A stretch of 64,000 nt of DNA from Alphaproteobacteria bacterium (lineage in GTDB: Bacteria; Pseudomonadota; Alphaproteobacteria; Acetobacterales; Acetobacteraceae): contig JAPLOI010000006.1 in the NCBI GenBank assembly GCA_026400815.1, forward strand, positions 38,133 through 102,132. Direction: 5' to 3'. A program made the translations under genes and the position numbers. The notes below the pieces were generated by a model that did not search any database, had not been told where the DNA came from, and saw only the letters and a list, made by a program, of their open reading frames with translations. Numbering within the stretch: position 1 is the stretch's first letter; every line of letters begins with the position of its first letter. Positions 10,005 to 19,727 of the stretch are shown here, piece after piece.

Positions 10005-12605
10005 ATGACCGAACCCAATGGGACCGAGCCCACAGCCGTGCTGCGCAGCGCCTATCTTCCTTATGCCTTCCGGGTGGAGGAGGTGGATCTGCGATTCGAG
10101 CTGGACCCGAAGGCCACGCGGGTTTGCGCCCGCCTGGTGCTGAAGCGCGACCCGGCGCAGCCCCACGGGACGCTGGTGCTGGATGGGGAGGCGCTGGAGC
10201 TGGTGTCGCTGCGGCTGAACGGCGAGGCGCTGGGGGAGAACCGGTTCCGCCGCCTGCCCTCCGGCGGGCTGGAGATCGATGGCGTGCCGGATGAGGCGGT
10301 GCTGGAGGTGGAAACGCGGGTCGATCCCGATGCCAACAGCGAGCTTTCCGGGCTCTACACCTCCGGCGGGGCGTTCTTCACCCAGTGCGAGGCGGAGGGG
10401 TTCCGGCGCATCACCTTCTTTCCGGACCGGCCGGACGTGATGGCGCGCTACACCACCACCATCGTGGCGGACCGGGCGGCGGTGCCGGTGCTGCTGGGCA
10501 ATGGCAACCCGACCGCCAGCGGCGTGGAGGGCGGGCGGCACTGGGCGACCTGGACCGATCCGCACCCGAAGCCGAGCTACCTGTTCGCGCTGGTGGCCGG
10601 CGACCTGGTGGCTGTGCGGGACAGCTTCACCACGCGGTCTGGCCGGAAGGTCGATCTGGCGATCTGGGTGCGGCGCGGGCACGAGGATGCCTGCGGGCAC
10701 GCGATGGATTCGCTGAAGCGCTCCATGACCTGGGACGAGGAGGTGTATGGGCTGGAATACGACCTCGACGTGTTCAACATCGCCGCCGTTTCCGACTTCA
10801 ATATGGGGGCGATGGAGAACAAGGGGCTCAACGTCTTCAACACCAAATACGTCCTGGCGCGGCCGGAGACGGCCACCGATGCCGACTACCAGGGCATCGA
10901 GGCGGTGATCGCGCATGAGTATTTCCACAACTGGACCGGCAACCGCGTGACCTGCCGGGACTGGTTCCAGCTTTCGTTGAAGGAAGGGCTCACGGTGTTC
11001 CGTGACCAGCAGTTCAGCGCGGACATGGGCAGCCCGGCGGTGAAGCGGCTGGGCGATGTGCGCGGGCTGCGGGCGGGGCAGTTCCGCGAGGATGCCGGGC
11101 CGCTGGCGCACCCGGTGCGACCGGAGAGCTACATCGCGATCGATAATTTCTATACCGCCACGATCTACAACAAGGGCGCGGAGGTGGTGCGGATGCTGCA
11201 CCGCCTGGCCGGGGTGGAGGGATTCCGGCGGGGGATGGACCTGTACATCGCGCGGCACGACAACCAGGCGGTGACGATCGAGGATTTCGTCGCCGCGATC
11301 GGGGATGGGGCGGGGATCGACCTGTCGCCGTTCATGGCATGGTACGACCAGGCGGGCACGCCGGAGCTGTCCTTTGCCGAAACGTATGATGCCGCCGCGC
11401 GGCGCTACGTGCTGACACTGCGGCAGGAGACCAGGCCGACGCCGGGGCAGCCGGAGAAGCAGCCATTGCCGATCCCGGTGGCGATGGGTCTGCTGGGGCC
11501 GGATGGCGCGCAGGTGGCGGAGCGGCTGCTGCTGCTGGACGAGGCATCCCAGGATTTCGTGTTCGAGGATGTGGCGGCGAGGCCGGTGCCCTCGCTGCTG
11601 CGCGGGTTCTCGGCACCGGTGAAGCTGGTGGGGATGGACCGGGCGCGGCTGCGCTTCCTGGCCGCGCACGATACCGACCCGTTCGTGCGCTGGGATTCGC
11701 TGCAGGGCTATGCCACCGAGCTGATGCTGGAGCGGATCGCGGATGGTTCGCGCGGCGTGGATGAGGGGCTGCTGGAAGCCTTCACCGCCACGCTGGCGTG
11801 TGCCGAGGCCGACCCGGCCTTCGCCGCCGCGTGCCTGGCGCTGCCGGCGGAGGCGACGGTGGCGGACCGGATGGCGGTGGTGGATGTGGCGGCGATCCAC
11901 GCCGTGCTGCAGGATCTGCGGCGGGCCCTGGGGGCGGCGCTGGCCGGGCGGCTGCGCGCCACCTACGACGCGCTGGCCGATGCCGGGCCATACAGCATCG
12001 ATGGGCGCGCGATCGGGCGGCGTTCGCTGCGCAATGCGTGCCTCGCCTACCTCGCCGCCGCCGGGGCCGAAGGTGTGGCGCTGGCGCAGGCGCAGTACCG
12101 GGCGGCGGGGAACATGACCGACCAGCTCGCGGCGCTGGATGTGCTGGCGGCGAGCGATGGCCCGGCGCGGGAGGAGGTGCTGGCGGATTTCCATTCGCGC
12201 TGGCGGCATGAGGAGCTGGTGCTGGACAAGTGGTTCATGCTCCAGGCGCTCTCCCCGCGCACCGATACGCTGGCGCGGGTGGAAGCGCTGGCGAAGCATC
12301 CGGATTTCGATCTGCGCAACCCGAACCGCGCGCGGTCCCTGCTGGCGGTGTTCCCCGCCAACCAGGTGCGGTTCCACGATGCCGGCGGCGGGGGCTACCG
12401 GTTCCTGGCCGATGCCGTGATCGCGCTCGATCCCGCCAACAGCCAGACGGCGGCGCGGCTGGTGGCGCCGCTGGGGCAGTGGCGGCGGCAGGATGCCGGA
12501 CGGCAGGCGCTGATGCGCGCGGAACTGCGGCGCATCCTGGCGTTGCCCGGGCTGAGCCGCGGCACGTTCGAACAGGCCTCCCGCGCGCTGGGGGAGACGG
12601 GCTGA
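10005..12605 (+). CDS. pepN: Aminopeptidase N (M1 family)
   Basis: GAMENKGLN, HEYFHNWTGNRVTCRDWFQLSLKEGLTVF (HExxH plus E) are present. The protein is 866 aa. GAGGAG lies upstream of the ATG. Confidence 0.95.
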   Translation: MTEPNGTEPTAVLRSAYLPYAFRVEEVDLRFELDPKATRVCARLVLKRDPAQPHGTLVLDGEALELVSLRLNGEALGENRFRRLPSGGLEIDGVPDEAVLEVETRVDPDANSELSGLYTSGGAFFTQCEAEGFRRITFFPDRPDVMARYTTTIVADRAAVPVLLGNGNPTASGVEGGRHWATWTDPHPKPSYLFALVAGDLVAVRDSFTTRSGRKVDLAIWVRRGHEDACGHAMDSLKRSMTWDEEVYGLEYDLDVFNIAAVSDFNMGAMENKGLNVFNTKYVLARPETATDADYQGIEAVIAHEYFHNWTGNRVTCRDWFQLSLKEGLTVFRDQQFSADMGSPAVKRLGDVRGLRAGQFREDAGPLAHPVRPESYIAIDNFYTATIYNKGAEVVRMLHRLAGVEGFRRGMDLYIARHDNQAVTIEDFVAAIGDGAGIDLSPFMAWYDQAGTPELSFAETYDAAARRYVLTLRQETRPTPGQPEKQPLPIPVAMGLLGPDGAQVAERLLLLDEASQDFVFEDVAARPVPSLLRGFSAPVKLVGMDRARLRFLAAHDTDPFVRWDSLQGYATELMLERIADGSRGVDEGLLEAFTATLACAEADPAFAAACLALPAEATVADRMAVVDVAAIHAVLQDLRRALGAALAGRLRATYDALADAGPYSIDGRAIGRRSLRNACLAYLAAAGAEGVALAQAQYRAAGNMTDQLAALDVLAASDGPAREEVLADFHSRWRHEELVLDKWFMLQALSPRTDTLARVEALAKHPDFDLRNPNRARSLLAVFPANQVRFHDAGGGGYRFLADAVIALDPANSQTAARLVAPLGQWRRQDAGRQALMRAELRRILALPGLSRGTFEQASRALGETG

Positions 12606-12648
12606 CTGCTTCGCGCTACCATCGCTGCAACGAAGCGGAGGGACGGCG

Positions 12649-13491
12649 ATGGACGCGCAGCAGATGATGGTGATGCCGGTTTCCGGCGCCGTGGGGGCCG
12701 AGGTGCGGGGCATCGATATCTCCCGCCCGCTGCCGGCGGTAACGGTGGCGACCCTGCGCGCGGCGCTGGGGGAGCACGGGGTGCTGTTCTTCCGCGACCA
12801 GGCGCTGACCGAGGCGCAGCACATCGCCTTTGCCGAGCAGTTCGCCAAGATCAACATCAACCGCTTCTTCCGCGCAGTGGAGGGCTGGCCGCAGATCGCC
12901 GAGGTGCGCAAGGAGCCGGAGCAGACCAAGAATATCGGCGGCGGCTGGCATACCGACCACAGCTACGACCAGATCCCGGCCCTCGGCTCCCTGCTCTATG
13001 CCCGCGAAGTGCCGCCCTCCGGCGGTGATACGATCTTCGCCAGCATGTTCGCCGCCTACGACGCGCTGTCGGACGGGCTGAAGCGCACGCTGGAAGGGCT
13101 GCGCGCCGTCCATTCCAGCCGCCACGTGTTCGGCACCCAGGCCAAGCGCGGCGATGACCTGAAGGACCGGCTGGGCAACGCCGAAGCCGCCACGCAGGAC
13201 GCGGTGCACCCGATGGTGATCACCCACCCGATCAGCGGCAAGAAGGCGCTGTACGTGAACCGCGGCTTCACCACCCATATCGAGGGCTGGACGGTGGAAG
13301 AGTCCAAGCCGCTGCTGGAATACCTCTACCAGCATGGGGCGCGGCCGGAGTTCAGCTGCCGGTTCAACTGGGCGCCGGGCTCGATGGCGTTCTGGGACAA
13401 CCGGGCGACGTGGCACCTGGCGGTGAACGATTATCAGGGGCATCGGCGGTTGATGCACCGGATTACGCTGGAAGGTGTGGCGATTTCTTAA
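12649..13491 (+). CDS. tauD: TauD/TfdA family Fe(II)/2-oxoglutarate dioxygenase (taurine dioxygenase-like)
   Basis: WHTDHSYDQIPALGSLLYAREVPPSGGDTIFASM and ATWHLAVNDY match the family. The protein is 280 aa. Confidence 0.8.
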   Translation: MDAQQMMVMPVSGAVGAEVRGIDISRPLPAVTVATLRAALGEHGVLFFRDQALTEAQHIAFAEQFAKININRFFRAVEGWPQIAEVRKEPEQTKNIGGGWHTDHSYDQIPALGSLLYAREVPPSGGDTIFASMFAAYDALSDGLKRTLEGLRAVHSSRHVFGTQAKRGDDLKDRLGNAEAATQDAVHPMVITHPISGKKALYVNRGFTTHIEGWTVEESKPLLEYLYQHGARPEFSCRFNWAPGSMAFWDNRATWHLAVNDYQGHRRLMHRITLEGVAIS

Positions 13492-13493
13492 GG

Positions 13494-13624
13494 AAGCAAG
13501 CGCGTTCTTTTTTGAAAAAAAGAACCAAAAAACTTTTGTGACTTTGCGCCGAGGCTAGCCCCGGCGCAAAGTCAGGAAGTCTTTTTTGCTTCTTTTTTCT
13601 TCAGAAAAAAGAAGACTCTTGCTT
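13494..13624. repeat. Full-length AT-rich palindromic MITE-like element (family A)
   Basis: The left arm is AAGCAAGCGCGTTCTTTTTTGAAAAAAAGAACCAAAAAACTTTT. The central hairpin is GACTTTGCGCCG...CGGCGCAAAGTC. The right arm is the inverse, AAGTCTTTTTTGCTTCTTTTTTCTTCAGAAAAAAGAAGACTCTTGCTT. The element fills the entire gap between the convergent tauD and sseA stop codons. Confidence 0.75.
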
Positions 13625-14492
13625 ATCCTGCCTCCATCGGCAGCGACGGGTCCTTCACCCACTCACTGAGCGAGGCATCGTAGAGCTTCACGTCCTTGTG
13701 CCCGAGCATCGTTAGCACCAGCGCGTCCGCGCTCGCAGCGATGCCGCCGCCGCAATAGGTGATCACGCTGCGGTCCATCGCGCCCACGGCTTCGAACTTC
13801 GCACGCAGTTCCTCGGCCGGCAGGAATTCGTTGGTGGCGGGATCCAGCAGGTTGGTCGCGGCGACGTTGACGCTGCCAGCGATGCGGCCGGGGCGGCCGT
13901 AATGCACGCCGCCGGTGCCGGTGTGCTGTTCCGGGCGGAGGGCGTTGATGGTGCAGATGCTGCCGCTGTTGATGGCGGCGAGCACCTCGTTCTTGTCGGC
14001 CATCAGCGGGCGCAGGGCGCGGGCGGTGAAGTGGGCCGGTGTGCGGGGCGTGCCGGCCCCGGTTTCCACCGGGCGCTGCTCGGCGGACCATTTCTGGAAG
14101 CCGCCATCGAGCACGGCGGCATTGTCGTGGCCGAACACGCGCAGCAGCCACCAGACGCGGCTGGCCCACCACACATTGGCGGTGCTGTAGAGGATCACGC
14201 GCGTGGCATCGCCCACGCCCAGACGGGCCATGCTGGCGGCGAAGCGCTGGGCGCTGGGCAGCATGAAGCGGAATTCATGGCCGGGCTCGGACAGGTCGGC
14301 CTGGAGGTCCACGAACTGGGCGCCGGGGATGTGGCCCTGTTCGAAATCGGCGCGGCCGGGCTTCGCCGTGTAGCCGGCGCCTGGCTCGGGGATCAGGTGG
14401 GTGGTGGCATCCAGCACGACCACGCCGGGATCATCCAGGTGCGCGGCGAGCCAGGCGGTGTCGACGAGATATTCGGGATGGGCGAAGGCCAT
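13623..14492 (-). CDS. sseA: Sulfurtransferase (tandem rhodanese; 3-mercaptopyruvate/thiosulfate sulfurtransferase)
   Basis: The protein has two rhodanese domains and the active-site loop ITYCGGGIAAS. It is 289 aa. Confidence 0.85.
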   Translation of the reverse strand: MAFAHPEYLVDTAWLAAHLDDPGVVVLDATTHLIPEPGAGYTAKPGRADFEQGHIPGAQFVDLQADLSEPGHEFRFMLPSAQRFAASMARLGVGDATRVILYSTANVWWASRVWWLLRVFGHDNAAVLDGGFQKWSAEQRPVETGAGTPRTPAHFTARALRPLMADKNEVLAAINSGSICTINALRPEQHTGTGGVHYGRPGRIAGSVNVAATNLLDPATNEFLPAEELRAKFEAVGAMDRSVITYCGGGIAASADALVLTMLGHKDVKLYDASLSEWVKDPSLPMEAG

Positions 14493-14540
14493 GGCGCGGT
14501 TTCCCCTGTGTTGCCGGCAGGAGTACCGCGCGGCGCCGGC

Positions 14541-14578
14541 AAAGAAAAGCCCCGCGCCGGGGGAGCCGGGGCGGGGCT
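14541..14578 (-). terminator. Rho-independent terminator downstream of argF
   Basis: On the minus strand, GCCCCGC...GCGGGGC forms a 7-bp GC stem and is followed by TTTTCTTT. Confidence 0.55.
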
Positions 14579-14601
14579 GTTCACGGTGCGGCGATGGGCG
14601 G

Positions 14602-15573
14602 CTAGCTGGCGGCGCCCAACGCCCAGGCCAGCACGCCCTTCTGCGCGTGCAGGCGGTTCTCGGCCTCGTCGAACACCACGCTCTGCGGGCCGTCGATCAC
14701 TTCGTCCGTCACTTCCTCGCCGCGATGGGCGGGCAGGCAATGCATGAAGATGGCGTCCGACGCCGCCTTGGCCATCAGCTCCTGCGTGACGCGGTAGGGG
14801 GCAAGCAGGTTGTGGCGGGCCGATTGCGGGTCGTCGCCCATGCTCACCCAGGTGTCGGTCACCACGCAGCGGGCGCCGCGCACGGCTTCGGCGGGGTCTT
14901 CCAGCAATTCGATCCTGGCGCCCTGGGCCAGGGCCCATTCCACCACGTCGGCGGGGGGCTGCAACTCTTTCGGCGTGGCGAGGCGCAGAGTGAAACCAAA
15001 GCGCACCGCGCTTTCGATCCAGGTGCGCGCGACGTTGTTGCCATCGCCGCACCAGGCGACGACCTGGCCGGCGATCGGGCCGCGATGTTCCTCGAAGGTC
15101 ATCACATCGGCCATCAGCTGCACGGAGTGGCTGCTGTCGGTGAGGCCGTTGATCACGGGAACGGTGGCGTAGCGGGCGAATTCCTGCAGCCGGGCATGCG
15201 CGAAGGTGCGTAGCATCACCGCATCGACATAGCGGGAGAGCACGCGGGCGGTATCGGCGATGGTTTCGCCGCGGCCCATCTGCATGTCGTTGGAGGTGAG
15301 GTTGATCACGTCGCCGCCGAGCTGGCGCATGCCAACCTCGAAGCTCACGCGGGTGCGCGTGGAGGGCTTCTCGAAGATCAGCGCCAGCACCTTGCCGGCG
15401 AGCGGCTTGGGTGTAACCGCGCCGGATTTGAGAGCGCGCTTGTAGCCGGCCGCCACCTCCAGCATGCGGCGCAGCGTGGCGCCGTCGTGGTCGCGGATGT
15501 CGATGAAGTGGCGGGGAGAATCGCTCTCCCCGCCCTCCATGGAGGACTCGCGCCGCAATGCGGCGCCGCTCAC
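14602..15573 (-). CDS. argF: Ornithine carbamoyltransferase
   Basis: [14 protein letters not shown] and [11 protein letters not shown] motifs are present. The GTG start at 15573 has GGGAG 8 nt upstream. An alternative ATG lies at 15540. Confidence 0.9.
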   Translation of the reverse strand: MSGAALRRESSMEGGESDSPRHFIDIRDHDGATLRRMLEVAAGYKRALKSGAVTPKPLAGKVLALIFEKPSTRTRVSFEVGMRQLGGDVINLTSNDMQMGRGETIADTARVLSRYVDAVMLRTFAHARLQEFARYATVPVINGLTDSSHSVQLMADVMTFEEHRGPIAGQVVAWCGDGNNVARTWIESAVRFGFTLRLATPKELQPPADVVEWALAQGARIELLEDPAEAVRGARCVVTDTWVSMGDDPQSARHNLLAPYRVTQELMAKAASDAIFMHCLPAHRGEEVTDEVIDGPQSVVFDEAENRLHAQKGVLAWALGAAS

Positions 15574-15587
15574 GGTGGCGCTCCCGA

Positions 15588-16781
15588 TTACTGCGCCGCG
15601 GCCTTGGAGGCCGTGGCGAGATCGGAGGCGGCGCGGCGCATCATGCCCAGCGCCTCGGCGATGTCGGCTTCGGTCGTCACCAGCGGCGGCACGAGGCGAA
15701 CCACGTTCTCACCGGCGGTCACGGTCATGAGGCCGGCGCCGGTGAAGGCCACCTGCACCTGGCCGGCGGGGATCACGCACTTAATGCCCTGCATCAGCCC
15801 GCGGCCACGGCTTTCGGCGAAGATGCCGGGGAATTCGGCGATCAGCTTCTCCACGCCCGCCTTCAGCAACTCGCCCTTGGTGATCACGCCATCGAGGAAG
15901 CCCGGGGCCATCAGCACATCGAGCACCGCGTTGCCCGCGGTGCAGGCCAGCGGGTTGCCGCCGTAGGTGGTGCCGTGGGTGCCGGGCACGAGGTGCTTGC
16001 CCACCCATTCCTTCGCCAGCACGGCGCCGAGCGGGAAGCCGCCGCCGATGCCCTTGGCGGCCGAGATCACGTCCGGCTCGATGCCGGCCCATTCATGGGC
16101 GAACAGCTTGCCGGTGCGGCCCATGCCGCACTGCACTTCGTCCAGCGCCATGATCAGGCCGAACTCGTCGCACATGGCGCGCAGGTCGCGCATGAACTGG
16201 ATGTCGGCCGAGCGCATGCCGCCCTCGCCCTGCACCGGCTCCACCATCACGGCGGCAGTGTTGCCGTCGATCGCATCGCGCACCGCGTTCATGTTGTTCA
16301 GCGGCACGTGCTTGAAGCCTTCCACCTTCGGGCCGAAGCCTTCCAGGTAGTGGCTGTTGCCGGTGGCGGCGAGCGTGGCGAGCGTGCGGCCGTGGAACGC
16401 GCCCTCAAAGCAGATGATGCCGTACTTCTCCGGCTTGCCGGTGCTGGCCATGGTCTTGCGGACCATCTTGATCATGCCCTCGTTCGCCTCGGCGCCCGAG
16501 TTGCAGAAGAAGACGGTGTCCGCGAACGTGGCATCCACCAGCCGTGCGGCGAGCTGCTCGGCCTGCGGGATGCGGTACAGGTTGGAAACGTGCATCACCT
16601 TGTGCGCCTGCGCCGAGATGGCGTCGGCCAGGTGCTTGTTGCCGTGCCCGAGGGAGGCGGTGGCGATGCCCGACCCGAAATCGAGGAATCGTCGCCCGTC
16701 CGTCGTCCACAGCCATGCACCCTCGCCCCGCTCGAAGGCGAGGTCGGCGCGGTTGTAGTTCGGCAGCAGGGCGGAAATCAT
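15588..16781 (-). CDS. argD: Acetylornithine (succinyl-diaminopimelate) aminotransferase
   Basis: The N-terminus is [35 protein letters not shown]. Class-III aminotransferase motifs are present ([24 protein letters not shown]). The gene lies upstream of argF on the same strand. Confidence 0.9.
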   Translation of the reverse strand: MISALLPNYNRADLAFERGEGAWLWTTDGRRFLDFGSGIATASLGHGNKHLADAISAQAHKVMHVSNLYRIPQAEQLAARLVDATFADTVFFCNSGAEANEGMIKMVRKTMASTGKPEKYGIICFEGAFHGRTLATLAATGNSHYLEGFGPKVEGFKHVPLNNMNAVRDAIDGNTAAVMVEPVQGEGGMRSADIQFMRDLRAMCDEFGLIMALDEVQCGMGRTGKLFAHEWAGIEPDVISAAKGIGGGFPLGAVLAKEWVGKHLVPGTHGTTYGGNPLACTAGNAVLDVLMAPGFLDGVITKGELLKAGVEKLIAEFPGIFAESRGRGLMQGIKCVIPAGQVQVAFTGAGLMTVTAGENVVRLVPPLVTTEADIAEALGMMRRAASDLATASKAAAQ

Positions 16782-16966
16782 ATCCGGGTGACCCTCATTG
16801 GTCCCTCGTGCTGGGGACGTTTGTTCCCACGGGCTTGCGGCCACCGGCACCCTGTGCGCCGGCGGTTCCGGGGAAGCGGGAACAATGGGGGGGCGGCGGC
16901 GCCGGTGTCAAATGGCGGGAATGTTGCGCATGGCGCCCATGCGTCGGCCGTGGCAGGAATCGCCGC

Positions 16967-17545
16967 ATGGCTCGCTCTCCTGGCCCCCCTGGCCCTGCCC
17001 CCGACGAACCCGCGTTGCGCGAGGCGGCGCTGACCCATCTTGCCCGCTACGCCACCACGCGGGCGGGGCTGGTGGCGGTGCTCGATCGCCGCATCCTGCG
17101 CTGGCTGCGTGCCTCCGAGGGTAACGAGGCGGCCCCGGCGCAGGCCGCGGCGGCGCGCGAGGCGGCGCGGCGTGTGGCCGACCGGCTGGTGCAGCTTGGC
17201 GCGCTGAACGACGCGGTGTTCGCCGAGTCGCGCGCCCGCAGCCTCAACCGTGCCGGCCGTTCCCGCCGCGCCGTGGCCGCCCATCTCGCGGCGAAGGGGG
17301 TAGATGCGGAAACCGCCCAATCCGCCCTGCCGGACGACCCCGAGGCCGAACTCGCAGCTGCCGTGGCCCATGCCCGCCGCCGGCGCCTCGGCCCGTTCCG
17401 TACCGTGGCCGCCGATCCCGCGCGGGTACAGAAGGAACTGGCCGGCTTTGCCCGTGCCGGATTCAGCCGCGATGTGGCCCTGCGCGCCCTGCGCATGGAC
17501 CCGCAGGACGCGGAGGACCTGCTGCGCGCCGCGCGCGAGGCATAG
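16967..17545 (+). CDS. recX: RecX family regulatory protein
   Basis: The protein has Ala/Arg-rich helical repeats (ALTHLARYATTRAGL..., FAESRARSLNRAGRSRRAVAAHLAAKGV) and is 192 aa. I chose the ATG at 16967 inside the longer ORF. Confidence 0.75.
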   Translation: MARSPGPPGPAPDEPALREAALTHLARYATTRAGLVAVLDRRILRWLRASEGNEAAPAQAAAAREAARRVADRLVQLGALNDAVFAESRARSLNRAGRSRRAVAAHLAAKGVDAETAQSALPDDPEAELAAAVAHARRRRLGPFRTVAADPARVQKELAGFARAGFSRDVALRALRMDPQDAEDLLRAAREA

Positions 17546-17597
17546 TCGGCGCAACCGTCGGAGGGCGCGGCGCGGAAACCTGCTCTATGCAGGCGGC

Positions 17598-18518
17598 ATG
17601 ACCCGCCCCGCACCCCCGCCCGCTCCCACCATGGACAGCACCGGCTGGGCGCTGCTGATGGTGCTCTCCGTCCTCTGGGGCAGCTCCTTCCTGTTCTTCG
17701 CGCTGCTGGTGGTGGAATTGCCGCCGCTGACCATCGTGCTCGGCCGCGTCGGCCTGGCGGCGCTGATGTTGCACCTGCTGTTGCTGCTGCGCCGCATGCC
17801 GGTGCATGCGGGCCTGCCGTGGCGGGAATTCGCGGTGATGGGCCTGCTGAACAACATCATCCCGTTCGTGCTCATCACCCTCGGCGTGGCGCGCATCCCC
17901 AGCGGGCTCGCCGCCATCCTCAATGCCACCACGCCGATCTTCACCGTGCTGGCGGCCCATTGGCTCACCGCCGACGAACGCTTCTCCCCGGCCAAGGCGG
18001 CCGGCGTGGCGCTGGGTTTCGCGGGCGTGGCGGTGCTGGTGGGGCCCGGCCTGCTGGGCGGGATCGGGCAGGCGGACCTGATCGGCCAGCTCTGCTGCCT
18101 CGGCGCCGCGGTCAGCTACGCCTTCGCCGGTATCTACGGCCGCCGCTTCCGCGCCATCCCGCCACTGCACGTCGCCACCGGGCAGGTGACGGCGAGTGCT
18201 GCGATGCTGCTGCCGCTGGCGCTGCTGCTGGAACGCAGCTGGACCCTGCCCATGCCCAGCGCCACCGCCTGGGCGGCCTGGTTCGGCATCGCGCTGCTCT
18301 GCACCGCCATGGGCTACGTGCTCTACTTCGTCATCCTGGCGCGGGTGGGGGCCACCAACCTGCTGCTGGTGACCTTCCTGCTGCCGGCCAGCGCGCTGCT
18401 GCTCGGCGCGCTCGTGCTCGGCGAGGCGATCAGCCCGCGCGCCCTGGCCGGCATGGCGCTGATCGGCGCGGGCCTCGCCGCGATCGACGGGCGGCTGCTG
18501 CGCGCGCTGCGGCGCTGA
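17598..18518 (+). CDS. DMT superfamily (EamA-like) transporter
   Basis: The hydrophobicity pattern indicates ten TM segments and two EamA repeats (LLMVLSVLWGSSFLFF...). Confidence 0.85.
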   Translation: MTRPAPPPAPTMDSTGWALLMVLSVLWGSSFLFFALLVVELPPLTIVLGRVGLAALMLHLLLLLRRMPVHAGLPWREFAVMGLLNNIIPFVLITLGVARIPSGLAAILNATTPIFTVLAAHWLTADERFSPAKAAGVALGFAGVAVLVGPGLLGGIGQADLIGQLCCLGAAVSYAFAGIYGRRFRAIPPLHVATGQVTASAAMLLPLALLLERSWTLPMPSATAWAAWFGIALLCTAMGYVLYFVILARVGATNLLLVTFLLPASALLLGALVLGEAISPRALAGMALIGAGLAAIDGRLLRALRR

Positions 18519-18570
18519 CTTCCCACGCCCCGCCGCCGTGCTAGCCTCCCGCCAACACGGGGGACGATCC

Positions 18571-19512
18571 ATGGCGCGCATCAACCGCTGCATCGAGCTG
18601 CTGCAACAGGATATCGGCGTGTACTACACCGGCCACCACACCGGGCACGTGCTGACCTACGAGCAAGGCCGCGAAGACGCCGGCACCTGGGCCGACTACA
18701 TCAACATCGGCATGGAACACGGCGCCTTCGACATGGGCGGGCTCGCCGCCTACATGCGCGGCCTCGTCGATGGCGGGCCCACCCGCTCTGGCCACCGCAC
18801 CCCCACCGTGGTGGTGGAAGCGCCCGTCAACGGCACCTCCGAAGCCAACGTGCTGCATAATGCCTGGCAGTTCCGCCAGATCCTGGGCCGCGGCGTGCAC
18901 GGCATCATCCTCTGCCAGGCCGAAACGCCGGAAGCCGTGCGCGCCTTCGTGGAATCCTGCCGCTACCCGATCGGCGCCCAAGGCCTGGACCCCGCCATGC
19001 CCACGCCGCTGGAACGCATGGCCGGCAAGAAGAAGGTCACCCCCAAGCCCGGCACGCTCGGCGTCGGCACCCGCGGCCAAGGCTCCGAGCCCGACGCCGC
19101 CCATGTCTGGGGCATCGAGCAGATCGACTACAAGCAACGCTGTGACCCCTGGCCGCTGAACCCCAAGGGCGAACTCATGCTTGGCGTGAAGCTGGAAAGC
19201 CCCGAAGGCGTGGCGCGCTGCGAGGAAATCCTGGCCGTGCCCGGCCTCGCCTACGCCGAAATCGGGCCAGGCGACCTCGGCTTCTCGCTGGGCTACCTCA
19301 CCATGCGCAACAACCCCTACCCGCCGGAACTGCAAACCGCGCGCGACCGCATCCTGCGCGCCTGCCACCGCAATGGGCTCGCCTTCCTGGAAGCCTGCTG
19401 GCCGGAAAACATCAAGCAACGCATCGATGACGGCGTGCGCGTGCTGGCCGGCGGCCGGGAAGACGCAGCCACCATCGGCCGGGCCTACCAGGGGCGGACG
19501 ATGCCGGTGTGA
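18571..19512 (+). CDS. HpcH/HpaI aldolase / citrate-lyase beta-like family protein
   Basis: IGMEHGAFD, GIILCQAETPEAVRAFVESCRYP and KLESPEGV...AEIGPGDLGFSLG follow the HpcH/HpaI pattern. GGGGGA lies upstream of the ATG at 18571. Confidence 0.75.
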   Translation: MARINRCIELLQQDIGVYYTGHHTGHVLTYEQGREDAGTWADYINIGMEHGAFDMGGLAAYMRGLVDGGPTRSGHRTPTVVVEAPVNGTSEANVLHNAWQFRQILGRGVHGIILCQAETPEAVRAFVESCRYPIGAQGLDPAMPTPLERMAGKKKVTPKPGTLGVGTRGQGSEPDAAHVWGIEQIDYKQRCDPWPLNPKGELMLGVKLESPEGVARCEEILAVPGLAYAEIGPGDLGFSLGYLTMRNNPYPPELQTARDRILRACHRNGLAFLEACWPENIKQRIDDGVRVLAGGREDAATIGRAYQGRTMPV

Positions 19513-19725
19513 GGGGAGGGAAGGCGAGGGGCTCTGCCCCTCGACCCCGCTGGGGCCTTAGGCCCCAGACCCCTCGACCTTTTTCCGCCTTCGGCGGGGA
19601 GGGGCCGTCGAGGCGGTGGAGAGACCCGGGCGGCCCCTCCCCGCCGAAGGCGGAAAATCATGTGGGTCCAGGGACCTCAGGTCCCTGGCGGGTCCAGGGC
19701 AGAGCCCTGGCCTTCCTTTCCCTTC
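19513..19725. repeat. GC-rich nested-palindrome element (family B), copy 1
   Basis: Outer arms GGAAGGCGAGGGGCTCTGCCCCTCGACCCCGCTGGGGCCTTAGGCCCCAGACCCC and GGGTCCAGGGACCTCAGGTCCCTGGCGGGTCCAGGGCAGAGCCCTGGCCTTCC are present. The inner palindrome is TTCCGCCTTCGGCGGGGAGGGGCCG...CGGCCCCTCCCCGCCGAAGGCGGAA. The element fills the gap between convergent stop codons at 19512 and 19728. Confidence 0.75.
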
Positions 19726-19727
19726 AC

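Noticed and set aside
8031-12929. A 1632-aa ORF on the minus strand spanning phoR and pepN. Similar giant ORFs occur at 60114-63833 (-), 4338-6449 (+), 57420-59534 (+), 30750-32822 (-), 7628-9802 (-), 43177-44739 (-) and 26498-28300 (-).
   Set aside because: These ORFs lie antisense to genes with unambiguous family motifs. Their translations are Arg/Pro/Gly/Ala-rich low-complexity strings with no motifs. This is the usual stop-codon-poor shadow frame of high-GC DNA.
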